Below, one piece after another: positions 20,801-31,410 of a stretch of DNA of 64,000 bases. Source of the DNA: Syntrophales bacterium (GTDB lineage Bacteria > Desulfobacterota > Syntrophia > Syntrophales > UBA2210); the NCBI GenBank assembly GCA_963662405.2, contig CAXXKT010000001.1, positions 768,001 through 832,000 of the forward strand, given 5' to 3'. The position numbers and the translations under genes were made by a program. Within the stretch, counting starts at the first letter, position 1, and every line of letters starts with the position of its first letter. The notes under the pieces were generated by a model. That model saw nothing but the letters and a program-made list of their open reading frames with translations. It was not told where the DNA came from and did not search any database.

Positions 20801-22102
20801 TTAAAGTGCTCTTCTGTCCACGACCCGCCGGGCCTTCCCTTCGGATCGTTCAAGGGTCTTGGACCCGACCAGTTTTACCTTCGCGGTGACACCGAGATAA
20901 TCCTTTATGTCTTTCGTGATACGCCTCTCGATATTCTGGAGGGTCTTGATCTCGTCGGAGAAGAGACCCTCGCTCATCTCGACCTGGATCTCCAGGGTGT
21001 CCAAGGTACCCTCCCGATCAACGATCAGCTGATAGTGAGGATCGAGTCCTTCGATGGAGAGGAGGACACTCTCGATCTGCGAGGGGAAGACATTCACTCC
21101 CCGTATGACAAGCATATCGTCGCTGCGTCCCGACACGCGGGCCATCCGGACATGGGTCCTCCCGCACTTGCACGGTTCCTTCATCAAACGGGACAGATCT
21201 CTCGTCCGATACCTGATGAGGGGAAATGCCTCCTTGGTGAGGGTGGTAAAGACCAACTCTCCCGGTTCTCCGTAAGGAACAGGCTCGCCTGTTTCGGGAT
21301 TGATTGTCTCCACAATGAAATGGTCTTCAAAGACGTGCAGGCCGTTACGCCCTTCGATACATTCCATCGCCACGCCGGGGCCGATGATCTCGGAGAGACC
21401 GTAGATGTCCAGAGCCGTGACCCCCAGTCGTTCTTCGACTTCCCGGCGCATCTTTTCACTCCAAGGTTCAGCCCCGAGGATCCCCACCCGCAGGCGGAGG
21501 GATCGCATATCCACGCCCATCTCTTCGCCTTGCTCAGCGAGGTAGAGGGCATAAGAGGGGGTGCAGCAGATGGCCGTCGGTCCAAAGTCCTGCAGAAGCA
21601 TAATTTGTTTTTTCGTGCTCCCCCCCGACATGGGGATCACGCTTGCCCCGAGCCGCTCCGCCCCGTAATGGACCCCCAGCCCGCCGGTAAAGAGACCGTA
21701 TCCGTATGCGTTGTGTATGATGTCATTGCTGGTCAGTCCCGCCGCCACGAATGATCGCGCGATCAGATTCGACCATGTCTCGATATCTCGGCGGGTGTAT
21801 GCCACGACGGTCGGTTTCCCGGTGGTACCGGACGATGCGTGGAGTCTCACGATATTGCTCATGGGAACCGTAAAAAGCCCGAAGGGGTAGTTGTCCCTGA
21901 GATCCTGTTTGACCGTAAAGGGGAGCCTCCTGATGTCATCTAGGGACTTGATGTCATCGGGGGTCACTCCCGCCTCGTCGAACGTCCGCTTATAGAAACC
22001 GACCGTATGGTACACACGGCTGACAACCTGCTGGAGCCTTTTGAGCTGCAGGGCCTCCAATGCCTCTCGGGGCAGTGTTTCAAATTCTTCATTAAAGATC
22101 AT
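20801..22102 (-). CDS. paaK: Phenylacetate--CoA ligase family protein
   Basis: [44 protein letters not shown]. Confidence 0.92.
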   Translation of the reverse strand: MIFNEEFETLPREALEALQLKRLQQVVSRVYHTVGFYKRTFDEAGVTPDDIKSLDDIRRLPFTVKQDLRDNYPFGLFTVPMSNIVRLHASSGTTGKPTVVAYTRRDIETWSNLIARSFVAAGLTSNDIIHNAYGYGLFTGGLGVHYGAERLGASVIPMSGGSTKKQIMLLQDFGPTAICCTPSYALYLAEQGEEMGVDMRSLRLRVGILGAEPWSEKMRREVEERLGVTALDIYGLSEIIGPGVAMECIEGRNGLHVFEDHFIVETINPETGEPVPYGEPGELVFTTLTKEAFPLIRYRTRDLSRLMKEPCKCGRTHVRMARVSGRSDDMLVIRGVNVFPSQIESVLLSIEGLDPHYQLIVDREGTLDTLEIQVEMSEGLFSDEIKTLQNIERRITKDIKDYLGVTAKVKLVGSKTLERSEGKARRVVDRRAL

Positions 22103-22114
22103 GAATTCTCCTCC

Positions 22115-23914
22115 TCATCGTGTATAAAGTGCCTCGATCACTTCCCGGTATTGATCCAATACGATCCCCCTTTTGACCTTCATCGTCTGCGTGAGGGTAC
22201 CGTTTTCCAGAGAGAAGTGTCCAATCAAATAGAGAAATCTCTTTGGTATTTCGTACTGAGCATATCGTCCCCGGAGGGATTCGGTAATTTCCTGATTGAT
22301 CCGTTCCTGCACCTCCGGCCTTTGAATGAGCTGTTCCGGAGTTTCGTTACGTCCCTGCTCGGTCCCATATCGCTTCACCATCAGGAGATCAGGGGAGATG
22401 AGACAAACCGTATGAGGTTTCCCTTCTCCCAAGATCATCGCATGTTCGACAAATGGGTTGAGGCAGATATCTTCCTCCAATGCTGCCGGGAAGACAAACT
22501 TTCCGTTTTCCAACTTGAACTGATCCTTGATTCGTCCTGTGATGTGCAGAAACCCATCGCCGTCCAGCCTGCCGCGATCACCCGTGCGCAAGCCACCATC
22601 TTCCGTCATGACGGCTCGAGTCTCTTGTGGTTTATTATGGTACCCCTTCATCACGTTGGGGCCGTATATACATATTTCACCGTCGCCAAGCGACGGATCA
22701 CCACGCGAAGGATCGATAACAACTTGTACGTGTTCAAGCGGTTTACCGACCGTCCCCAGCTTGTAGTCGACGGATGAGTTAACGGAGACGGCAGGAGATG
22801 CCTCCGTCATACCGTAACAGTCGTACAGGGGGATCCCAATGTCAAAGAAGAATTGAGAGATCTCCGGGTTCATCGTGGCACTCGCGGTCATTGCACCCAT
22901 GAGACGCCCCCCCAGTTTGTTGCGTATTGTTCGAAAAACGGTCAGATCCGCGATTCGAAATTTAAGGTTTGTCATGTACTCCGTTTTCCTCTTGCGAGCC
23001 AGCTCACGCCGCCGCTGCGCACTCTTCACCCCCATGGTAAACAGGAGTTTGGCAATGCCACCTTTCTCTTTCACCTTTGCCCAGAGTCCGTCATAGATCC
23101 GGTTGAATACGCGGGGAACCGCCAAGAGCCACGTCGGTTTTACCTGTACCATATCATCAGGGAGGGTCTTCACGCTTTCCATCAGGCCGATTGCACCGCC
23201 GAGATGTATGACGGTGTAGAGTTCTCCCGTTTGGCCGTATGAATGCGCCCATGGGAGAATAGCGAGGGTGATAACGTGGTTCTTCTGCAGCTCGGGATAC
23301 ATCTTTCGCCCTGCGTGGGAATTGCTCGTGATATTACCGTGCGAGAGCAGAACCCCCTTGGGATCTCCCGTCGTTCCGGAGGTATATATCAAAACCGCTA
23401 TATCATCAGGATCCGGTTTGATTGAGGGCACGGGTTTTTCTTCTCCCCTGCGTTCCAAGCCGACCATACTGTTTGAACCGTCCCCCTCTACCAAGATAAC
23501 TTCCTTCAAGGTGGGGGTGGTATCCGCCAGAGCCCTGACCTGTTCGTAGATCGCCGGTGTTGAGACAAAGAGCACCTTGACGGCACTGTCCCGAATGATA
23601 TGGCGCCATACTTTCAGCAATTCCGCCTCGTACATGGGCACCCAGCGAGCCCCGAGGCCAAAGGAGGCAAAGGCACCGATAGCCCACTCCTCTCGGTTGT
23701 TCGCGATAATACCGACTGCGTCACCTTTGCTCACGCCGAGACCGGCAAGTCCCGCCCGCAGGTTGTCCACGCGCCTGCCGACCTGCGCGTAGGTGACCCA
23801 TTCGTATACCCCCTGAGCGTTTTTTGTTCCGAACAGCGATCGATTCGGATACCGTACTACCGATCTTTCCAAAAATTCAAGCAGGTTGTCCGGTTCATAC
23901 AACGGGACCGCCAT
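22115..23914 (-). CDS. Long-chain fatty-acid--CoA ligase
   Basis: YTSGTTGDPKG, YGMTE, RTGD, TGRIKD, LTQTMKVKR; start MAVPLY after GGAG. Confidence 0.92.
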   Translation of the reverse strand: MAVPLYEPDNLLEFLERSVVRYPNRSLFGTKNAQGVYEWVTYAQVGRRVDNLRAGLAGLGVSKGDAVGIIANNREEWAIGAFASFGLGARWVPMYEAELLKVWRHIIRDSAVKVLFVSTPAIYEQVRALADTTPTLKEVILVEGDGSNSMVGLERRGEEKPVPSIKPDPDDIAVLIYTSGTTGDPKGVLLSHGNITSNSHAGRKMYPELQKNHVITLAILPWAHSYGQTGELYTVIHLGGAIGLMESVKTLPDDMVQVKPTWLLAVPRVFNRIYDGLWAKVKEKGGIAKLLFTMGVKSAQRRRELARKRKTEYMTNLKFRIADLTVFRTIRNKLGGRLMGAMTASATMNPEISQFFFDIGIPLYDCYGMTEASPAVSVNSSVDYKLGTVGKPLEHVQVVIDPSRGDPSLGDGEICIYGPNVMKGYHNKPQETRAVMTEDGGLRTGDRGRLDGDGFLHITGRIKDQFKLENGKFVFPAALEEDICLNPFVEHAMILGEGKPHTVCLISPDLLMVKRYGTEQGRNETPEQLIQRPEVQERINQEITESLRGRYAQYEIPKRFLYLIGHFSLENGTLTQTMKVKRGIVLDQYREVIEALYTR

Positions 23915-24073
23915 AATGGTTCTTCTCCAATCCACCATTGCACTTTGGGCTGCATCTGGAGCCGAAGCGCTGCTGATCATTTTATACTGTATTTCTCTTG
24001 TCCTGTCATCAGAAATACAAGGTGATACCGGATCCCCTCGATTGCACATCAGAGATCAACGCCTTTGGTCGCC

Positions 24074-24751
24074 TTAGAGACGGGTGTGCCGGGTCCAGCT
24101 CGTGCTGTCCCATGTAGCATCAACCAGAGATGGCGACGGTTCATCGATAGAGGGCGATAGGCCACACTTCAGGGCAAAGTAGCGATGGAAGGCGAGGGAC
24201 GGAGTCAACTCCGGGTGAAAAATCGTCACCAAGACAGCAGCGTTTTCCGCTGCCGCTATATATCCGTCTTGCTCCATCAAAACATCGACATCCTTGCCGA
24301 CGCGGGTAATCTTCGGGGCACGGATGAAGGTGAGGGGAATCGATTCCGGTGCGACACGAGGGATCAGCGCCTCGGCAACAAAGCTGTCCAACTGGCTGCC
24401 AAAGGCGTTCCTGCGGATCTCGATATCGATGAGGGAAAGGAATGTTTCTTCACCGACAACCTTGTCGGCAAGGAGAATCGCCCCCGCGCAGGTCCCCCAT
24501 AGCTTCATACCGCACCGAAAGTTTTGAAGTATCAAAGTCTTGAGGCCAAAGATATCCAAGAGCCGCGCGAGACAGGTGCTCTCGCCCCCGGGAATGATCA
24601 ATCCTGCGAGGTGTGCAAGATCCGAGGATTCCTTTACCCGAATGGTGGCAATGCCAAGGCGTTCCAAGTGGTCGAGATGCTCGACAACATCCCCCTGGAG
24701 ATCGAGCACACCGATCGTATCTCGCCCCGCCAGTGCCACGCCATCTACCAT
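24074..24751 (-). CDS. pdxT: PLP synthase glutaminase subunit
   Basis: GVLDLQG, IPGGEST, GTCAG, RNAFG, FIRAP, FHPEL. Confidence 0.95.
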   Translation of the reverse strand: MVDGVALAGRDTIGVLDLQGDVVEHLDHLERLGIATIRVKESSDLAHLAGLIIPGGESTCLARLLDIFGLKTLILQNFRCGMKLWGTCAGAILLADKVVGEETFLSLIDIEIRRNAFGSQLDSFVAEALIPRVAPESIPLTFIRAPKITRVGKDVDVLMEQDGYIAAAENAAVLVTIFHPELTPSLAFHRYFALKCGLSPSIDEPSPSLVDATWDSTSWTRHTRL

Positions 24752-25626
24752 CCACGTGTTGCCAAGATTTGAGTCTCAGGGATATCGGAAATCTCGATTC
24801 CCGGCATGGCACCCCCTAATTCCATCGACGCTTCCAAGACCTTTGCCGGGTCACTGTAGTATGCTGTTGCCTTGACGATTGCCGCAGCGCGTTTCACCGG
24901 GTTCTCCGATTTGAATATCCCTGATCCGACAAATATCCCGTCGCAGCCGAGTTGCATCATCAGGGCCGCATCCGCCGGGGTCGCAATACCCCCGGCCGCG
25001 AAATTGACGACGGGGAGCCGCCCTAACTCCCGCACCTGCAATGCCAGTTCATACGGAAACCCGTTGGCCTTTGCAAAACCGGTCACTTCCTCGACCGGCA
25101 TATGGATGAGTTGTCTGATTTCTCTGTTCACTGTCCGGATATGGCGGACCGCTTCAACGACGTTGCCGGTCCCCGCTTCGCCTTTCGTCCGAATCATGGC
25201 GGCCCCTTCGGCTATACGCCGCAGGCCCTCTCCCAGGTTGCGCGCCCCGCATACAAAGGGAATCGCAAATCGGGTCTTGTCTATGTGACACTCCTCATCT
25301 GCGGGGGTCAAGACCTCGCTCTCGTCGATATAATCAATCTTCAGTGTTTCAAGAATTTGCGCTTCCACAAAATGACCGATACGTGCCTTGGCCATGACGG
25401 GTATCGAAACCGCCTCCTTGATCCGCGCAATGAGTGCGGGGTCCGACATGCGGGCGACACCGCCCTCCTTGCGAATGTCCGCGGGGACACGCTCGAGAGC
25501 CATAACCGCAACGGCCCCGGCCTCTTCGGCAATCCGTGCGTGATCGACGCTGACAACATCCATGATAACGCCCCCCTTCAGCATCTGGGCCAACTGGACA
25601 TTCAATTCATATCTTGTTTTATCCAC
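24745..25626 (-). CDS. pdxS: PLP synthase lyase subunit
   Basis: [42 protein letters not shown] start at 25626 after AGGAGG. Confidence 0.97.
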   Translation of the reverse strand: MDKTRYELNVQLAQMLKGGVIMDVVSVDHARIAEEAGAVAVMALERVPADIRKEGGVARMSDPALIARIKEAVSIPVMAKARIGHFVEAQILETLKIDYIDESEVLTPADEECHIDKTRFAIPFVCGARNLGEGLRRIAEGAAMIRTKGEAGTGNVVEAVRHIRTVNREIRQLIHMPVEEVTGFAKANGFPYELALQVRELGRLPVVNFAAGGIATPADAALMMQLGCDGIFVGSGIFKSENPVKRAAAIVKATAYYSDPAKVLEASMELGGAMPGIEISDIPETQILATRGW

Positions 25627-25890
25627 TTCTGTATACCTCCTGCGATTCTCCGCCACAGAAACAATGATACTCGTGCGAAGCTACTTTTATGTATGTTAGT
25701 GAAAACCTCTCCGAGCGTCAAGAATAATGTTGCTCTTCCCAACACATCTCCGGTTTTCCGCCCCCGTGAGCGAAGAGCGGCAGAGCTTGAACCGGCAGGG
25801 CATCGCATGTAAAGGGACGTTTCGGGAAGGGGGCGTCACAATGCCCTGTTCTTTGCCACCTCGGCATACCACCCACCGGTGTGTACCATC

Positions 25891-25926
25891 AAAAAGGCAG
25901 GCCCCTGTCGTGCACGGGGCCTGCCT
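25891..25926 (-). terminator. Rho-independent terminator after the SBP gene
   Basis: 11-bp stem AGGCAGGCCCC/GGGGCCTGCCT + T-run on the minus strand. Confidence 0.85.
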
Positions 25927-25954
25927 CGATAGTTACCTGTTATGCGCGAGACCG

Positions 25955-27319
25955 CTATTTATTCCGTTTTCTCAACTCAGCCGGGAAAACAAGATTTTCC
26001 GGTTTACCCATGCCGACCTTCTCTCCCAGGGCTTCGTTTTCCTTGCAGGAACCGCCGAGATAGACGACCTTACCGTCGTTCTGGAACTGACCTATCGGCT
26101 GGATGAACACACCGGGGTAGGTCTCATAGGGGCTGTTCGGTTTGACCCTGACCTTTGAGTGGAAGTAAGGCTTCTTCTTTGTGGTCTCATAGGCCATCTT
26201 CCCGAGGGAATAGGTGGTCTCCGTCGTCTCCATCGCCTTGATCAGCTTGTCGATGTCATCGACGCCACCCGCGGTCTCGATCACCTTCTTGATGAAATAG
26301 ATATCCGCGTAGGCAAGATGAACGTGCTGCTGGGCCGGGATGTTGTGTGCCCGCATCTTTTTGACGAGGGGGAGGTTCTTCTCCGTCAGGGGAAGCTCCG
26401 CCTCCGCAAAACTGCTGAAGAGGCTGAGGCATTTTCCACCCGTCAGCTTCCAGAAATCATACGTCTGCGATACCCCGCCATAGAGAGATGTGGGGATATC
26501 ACGCGCGGCTGAATCGGACCACTGTTTGGCGAAGGTCTCCACATCGGTGAACCAGGAGGTGACGTACAGAACGAAATCGACCCGCTTCATGGCGATCTGC
26601 TGAAGGATCGGCAGATACATCGTCCCCCGCGGTTTGACGTTTTTGCTGTAGGCGATTTTATATCCACCGTCCTCGATCATATCTTCCCAGGCGGGCATGT
26701 TCAGGGAGGGGATTCCCTCGCGGAACGATTTGGTCCACTCGAGGTCTTCCCACAGCATGGCGACCGTTTTCATCTTCGGCATCATCCTCTTGTACTGAGA
26801 AGCGAAGAAGTATTTCATCATGGCGTACTGGGCGGGCTCCGGATCCCAGTCACGGAAACAGAACTTGTACTTTTCATAATTATCCAGGACCCGGTCGGTC
26901 AACTCCATCCCCATGGGGCCGTTGAAGACCATGATGTGCGGATAGTCCGAGAACATGGACGCCCCGTTCTCCTGAGCGGCGAGGCAGATCTCCGTCCGTC
27001 CCTCGACGAAGATGAACTTCGCCTTCTCTTCCATCAACAGACGGCGCGTTCCCTCGACCGTCAGTGAAGTTGCACCCTTATTGTCGGCGATGACGTATTT
27101 CAGGGGACGTCCGAGGACGCCGCCGGCATCGTTGATCTCCTGGATCGCCAGCTTCTGAATGGCCATGCAGGGTCTTGTCCCCGGTGAGAGCACCATCCCC
27201 GCATACCCGATGACGATCGGCTCTCCCGTGGGAGCGGCACTCGCCCCCGTAGACGCAAAGCAGAACGTCAAAGCCAGTAACGCAACAACACACAACCGCA
27301 ATCTGAATCTTCTTGCCAT
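25955..27319 (-). CDS. ABC substrate-binding protein, LivJ/K-like fold (copy 2)
   Basis: Signal peptide; PIVIG...LAIQEINDAGGVLGRPL...D; paralog of the next gene. Confidence 0.85.
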   Translation of the reverse strand: MARRFRLRLCVVALLALTFCFASTGASAAPTGEPIVIGYAGMVLSPGTRPCMAIQKLAIQEINDAGGVLGRPLKYVIADNKGATSLTVEGTRRLLMEEKAKFIFVEGRTEICLAAQENGASMFSDYPHIMVFNGPMGMELTDRVLDNYEKYKFCFRDWDPEPAQYAMMKYFFASQYKRMMPKMKTVAMLWEDLEWTKSFREGIPSLNMPAWEDMIEDGGYKIAYSKNVKPRGTMYLPILQQIAMKRVDFVLYVTSWFTDVETFAKQWSDSAARDIPTSLYGGVSQTYDFWKLTGGKCLSLFSSFAEAELPLTEKNLPLVKKMRAHNIPAQQHVHLAYADIYFIKKVIETAGGVDDIDKLIKAMETTETTYSLGKMAYETTKKKPYFHSKVRVKPNSPYETYPGVFIQPIGQFQNDGKVVYLGGSCKENEALGEKVGMGKPENLVFPAELRKRNK

Positions 27320-27400
27320 GACTTTTCTCTCCTTTTGTGATGTAGTTTGTACTCCTGTGCAAACAATCTTTTATTTTCCCCTCATGACATATTGTAACAT

Positions 27401-27443
27401 AAAAGGAAGATGGGATATCCGTTTTCGAGATATCCCATCTCCT
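27401..27443 (-). terminator. Hairpin/terminator between the two SBP genes
   Basis: AGATGGGATATC/GATATCCCATCT inverted repeat followed by TCCTTTT on the minus strand. Confidence 0.6.
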
Positions 27444-27566
27444 CGTTTATCATACCGGTCTCATAAACAGGCGGCAACATCGGCCCGACAAAGCGCCTTT
27501 ATATGTAATTTGCTGTCTATGCCGATACCAGACCATCAAGGCACCCTTTCTTGTCTTGACTCCTGC

Positions 27567-28934
27567 TTACTTCGCCATCTTTCTCAACTCGCCCGGAATG
27601 ACATGGTCTTCCGGTTTTCCCATCCCGATTTTTTTGCCAAGCTCTTCGTTCTCCTTGCAAGATCCTCCCACATAAGCGATCTTCCCATCGTTTTGCCACT
27701 GAACGAGCGGCTGGATAAACACACCGGGGTAGGTCTCATAGGGGCTGTTCGGGTTGACCCTGATCTTTGAGTGGAAGTATGGCTTCTTCTTTGTGGTCTC
27801 ATAGGCCATCTTCCCGAGGGAATAGGTGGTCTCCGTCGTCTCCATCGCCTTGATCAGCTTGTCGATATCATCGACGCCACCCGCGGTCTCGATCGCTTTC
27901 TTGATGAAATAGATATCCGCATAGGCGAGGTGGACGTGCTGCTGGGTCGGGATGTTGTGAGCCTGCATCTTCTTGACCATGGGGATGTTCTGTTCGGTCA
28001 GAGGAATCATGCACTCGCTGTAACTACCAAAAATACCCATGCATTTACCGCCTGTCAGCTTCCAGAAATCTTTGGTCTGCGAGATGCCGCCGTAGACGCT
28101 GCATGAGAGATTACGGGAAGCTGAATCGGCCCACTGCTTGGCGAAAGACTCGGTGTCGGTGAACCAGGAGCTGACGTACACGATAAGATCGGTCTTCTTC
28201 ATGGCAATCTGTTGTAAGAGGGGCAGGTACATGGTTCCCCGCGGTTTGACGTTTTTGCTGTAGACGACGTCATACCCAAACTCCTTCTCCATCATCTCTT
28301 CCCAAGGGGCGAGCCCGAGGGAGGCGATCCCTTCGCGATACGACTTGGTCCACTCGAGATCTTCCCAGAGCATGGCTATTTTTTTGATCCCCGGAACCAT
28401 CTTATGATATGAGGACCCCCAGAAGTATCTCATCTGGGCGTACTGTGACGGCTCCGGATCCCAGTCGCGGAAGCAGAACTTGTATTTTTCGTACTCGTCC
28501 AGGACCCGGTCGGTCAACTCCATCCCCATGGGTCCGTTGAAAATCATGATGTGCGGGTAGTCCTTGAACATGGCCGCCCCGTTCTCCTGAGCGGCGAGAC
28601 AGATCTCCGTTCGTCCCTCGACAAAGATGAACTTCGCTTTATTCTCCATCAGCAGACGCCGTGTCCCCTCGACCGTCAGTGAGGTTGCGCCCTTATTGTC
28701 GGCGATGACGTATTCTAGGGGACGTCCGAGGACGCCACCGGCATCGTTGATCTCTTGGACCGCCAGTTTCTGGATGGCCATACAGGGCCTTGTTCCCGGT
28801 GAGAGTACCATCCCCGCATACCCGATGACAATCGGCTCTCCCGCGGGAGCGGCACTCATTCCCGTAGACGCAAAGCAGAACGTCAGGGCCAGTGCTGCAA
28901 TAATCAAAATACTAAATCTGCATCTTTTTACCAT
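27567..28934 (-). CDS. ABC substrate-binding protein, LivJ/K-like fold (copy 1)
   Basis: Signal peptide; EINDAGGVLGRPL; start MVKRCR after AAGGA. Confidence 0.85.
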   Translation of the reverse strand: MVKRCRFSILIIAALALTFCFASTGMSAAPAGEPIVIGYAGMVLSPGTRPCMAIQKLAVQEINDAGGVLGRPLEYVIADNKGATSLTVEGTRRLLMENKAKFIFVEGRTEICLAAQENGAAMFKDYPHIMIFNGPMGMELTDRVLDEYEKYKFCFRDWDPEPSQYAQMRYFWGSSYHKMVPGIKKIAMLWEDLEWTKSYREGIASLGLAPWEEMMEKEFGYDVVYSKNVKPRGTMYLPLLQQIAMKKTDLIVYVSSWFTDTESFAKQWADSASRNLSCSVYGGISQTKDFWKLTGGKCMGIFGSYSECMIPLTEQNIPMVKKMQAHNIPTQQHVHLAYADIYFIKKAIETAGGVDDIDKLIKAMETTETTYSLGKMAYETTKKKPYFHSKIRVNPNSPYETYPGVFIQPLVQWQNDGKIAYVGGSCKENEELGKKIGMGKPEDHVIPGELRKMAK

Positions 28935-29010
28935 TTCCTTCTCTCCTTTCAAACTGCATTATCCTCTCTCTTTATACGCCCCGACCCCTTCGTGGTGGGA
29001 CGTATTTCTC

Positions 29011-29796
29011 CTACAACGACATGGAGGTAAATACCCCCACGGGATCCACCTGTGTACGCAAGATATGGAGCACGTCTGGTGAGATCATCGGGGTTTCGGG
29101 AATCTCCCCCACCGGTCTGAGTAGCTCAAATCCTGCCGATTGTTGGGCTATATCGAAGGGAATCCCGGGTGTGAGCGACTTCACACGCATCCGCTTCGTC
29201 ACGGGTTCAAAGTCATAAATCCCCCACTGGCTGATAACTGCCAGGGGGCCATTGCCGATCAGACCCGCCTCTTCGCGTGAATTACCTCCTTCGAGATACC
29301 CTACTGATGTTATGAAATCGACTCGTTCGGGGAATCGTTCCGGTGTCTGGAGTCCGACAAGAATCATGTTCTCCGTGAGCGAAGACAGGTCGTTATTCCC
29401 CCCCGACCCCGTGAGTCGTGTCTTCGGATGGGTTAGATCTTTCCCGATCTGGTGTGTATTCACATTCCCATACATGTCGACCTGGGCAAACCCGAGAAAC
29501 GCAATATCGACATACCCATTGGCGGCCTGGCCGAAAGAGTAGGCCATCTCTTGCACGACGGCGGCCTTTCGCCAGGTGAAGGGATCTCCTACCGACCACG
29601 GCATAGCACCCTCGATGGGATCTTGACCTCCGGATTCGTACACCATGGTAATATGCGGGGCGTGGGTCTTTCGAGCCAGTATGGCCGCCACCATCGGGAG
29701 ACCCGTTCCCACATATACAACCGTGGAATCCTGTATCTGTAAAGATATGAAATATGCCAGCATCTCAAGTGGATTGGCTGGTGCCGTTGTGTCCAT
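29011..29796 (-). CDS. Family I CoA-transferase beta subunit (glutaconate CoA-transferase GctB-like)
   Basis: VGTGLP, YESG (catalytic Glu), AQVDMYGNVN, GSGGNND, VDFITS. Confidence 0.88.
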   Translation of the reverse strand: MDTTAPANPLEMLAYFISLQIQDSTVVYVGTGLPMVAAILARKTHAPHITMVYESGGQDPIEGAMPWSVGDPFTWRKAAVVQEMAYSFGQAANGYVDIAFLGFAQVDMYGNVNTHQIGKDLTHPKTRLTGSGGNNDLSSLTENMILVGLQTPERFPERVDFITSVGYLEGGNSREEAGLIGNGPLAVISQWGIYDFEPVTKRMRVKSLTPGIPFDIAQQSAGFELLRPVGEIPETPMISPDVLHILRTQVDPVGVFTSMSL

Positions 29797-29824
29797 ATCC
29801 GTTTCCTCGTATACGGGAAATCCG

Positions 29825-30937
29825 TCAGTAGTAGCGCCCCGTATCATTATCGGGTGTGTACTCCTGGTAGCTGAAATCAATATCCTCGTTCTCACCCTCG
29901 GCGGCCTTTGTCTGGCGGCGTGCCTCGGCGATCCACTTCGCCCCGCCAAGCTTTTCGACGAATGCAAACTGATCCTCGATGTTCATAATCCATTCATCGT
30001 AAAATTCCCGGAACCGCTCTTCGGTCGTACTGCCGTAACGGAGGAGTTTTTCCCACCATTGCCGCGCCCAGTAATAGCACCCCGGCATGTTTCCCGGCAC
30101 GGCCCCGAACGGGAGTTCGACCACGGCATCTGCGTAGATGAAGGGGATGACGACACCCCCCTTATTGTACCGCAGGGTGATCTCCGGAACGATTTCCTCC
30201 GCCGTGATGATCACTTTCCGGGAGACCGCTGCTACGGCGGCGTCATTGACCACCGGTCCGTAGATATAGGCGTTTCCGTATTTATCAGCGGCGTGGACGT
30301 GGATGAATACCACGTCAGGATAAAGGGCGGGGATGAACAACACCGGATCAGGATCATCTCTCATCGGGTTTTGCATCACCTTGGTGTAGGGATTGTACTT
30401 CACGATATCCGAGCCGAGCATCTGCTTGCTGTAAAGACCGGGAGCACCGAGCTGGGCCGCCTTGAGGCCCTGCGCGACACCGCCGTGGCTCCACTCCGAA
30501 AGGATTGTTACCTTTCCTTCTTGCAACTGGCGCGAGTAGTTCCGGTCCGTTCCGCGCATCTCCGCCCCTATATAGGAGTTGTGGGAGAATGTGACCGAAC
30601 CGAAGTTGATCATATAGCTCTGGTTGGTGTTGGGAGCCCCGAGTGCCTGCAGCCCCCTTTTCCCCTGCCTCATGATCTCGAAATAGGCCTGATGGCAGGT
30701 CCGGACATAAGCAAATCCCGAATCGTACAGGATGTCGCCATCACTCACGAACTCAGCTACTGCTTCTCTGAGAGATGTTCGCTTGTCGATCTTGTTCCGT
30801 GACTTTTTGAGGTGGGCCATTCGTGCCGACTCACCATCAATCAAACGATCCAAAAGTGCCGCATCGTCGATATGGAGATTTTTCAATGCCTCCTGGTTGT
30901 AGCTAAACACGCCCACTTCTTGCCCCCCTCGCATCAC
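29825..30937 (-). CDS. Family I CoA-transferase alpha subunit (GctA-like)
   Basis: SLREAVAEFVSDGD, EWSH, PALYPDV.FIHV..AD..GN, VIITAEEIV, AVVE.PFGA.P; exact start uncertain. Confidence 0.88.
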   Translation of the reverse strand: MMRGGQEVGVFSYNQEALKNLHIDDAALLDRLIDGESARMAHLKKSRNKIDKRTSLREAVAEFVSDGDILYDSGFAYVRTCHQAYFEIMRQGKRGLQALGAPNTNQSYMINFGSVTFSHNSYIGAEMRGTDRNYSRQLQEGKVTILSEWSHGGVAQGLKAAQLGAPGLYSKQMLGSDIVKYNPYTKVMQNPMRDDPDPVLFIPALYPDVVFIHVHAADKYGNAYIYGPVVNDAAVAAVSRKVIITAEEIVPEITLRYNKGGVVIPFIYADAVVELPFGAVPGNMPGCYYWARQWWEKLLRYGSTTEERFREFYDEWIMNIEDQFAFVEKLGGAKWIAEARRQTKAAEGENEDIDFSYQEYTPDNDTGRYY

Positions 30938-31117
30938 GCACGGATCAGCGGATATGCCGTAGAGTAGAGTATGGTAAGCCTACGGAGCCGAAACTTTGTT
31001 GTTATGAAAAATTCGTTTTGAGCCTTTGGATGATACGTTCCCTTCTTCTCTCTTGAGGCGTTTGCCGCAAACTGTCACCACGTGCGGGTTTGGCTTAAGA
31101 CCCAACCGTTTACTCAA

Positions 31118-31133
31118 TGCAACAAAGGTGCCA
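31118..31133 (-). promoter_or_regulatory. sigma54 (-24/-12) promoter
   Basis: Minus strand TGGCAC-CTTTG-TTGCA, a match to the TGGCAC-N5-TTGC(A/T) consensus, ~180 bp upstream of the CoA-transferase. Confidence 0.85.
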
Positions 31134-31324
31134 TGGCCAGGCCAAGGACAGACCGTTCTCAATTATCTCAACGATTCAAATTTGTTGCGCCGAATAAAAT
31201 TTACGGGTTTCTTGGAAAGAATAGTGCTACCAGCAGCCGAGGGGCGATTTGAGGAAAAACCCTCCGAGAAACGTTCGATATTGGCACTAAAGCGGGGAAT
31301 CACTGCAAAAAGGGAAACATAATA

Positions 31325-31377
31325 CGCACAAAACGGTGCGCATTGCGAACGATATGTTCTGATTTCGAACGAACATA
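31325..31377. promoter_or_regulatory. Candidate enhancer (UAS) palindromes for a sigma54 activator
   Basis: CGCAC-N6-GTGCG, GAAC-N5-GTTC and TATGTTC-N11-GAACATA about 200-250 bp upstream of the -24/-12 box. Confidence 0.45.
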
Positions 31378-31410
31378 GCACATGTTGCCTGCGTCAATTC
31401 CATGACTGCC

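Noticed and set aside
29645..30802. 385-aa plus-strand ORF
   Set aside because: Antisense to the CoA-transferase genes, no motifs; typical GC-rich shadow ORF
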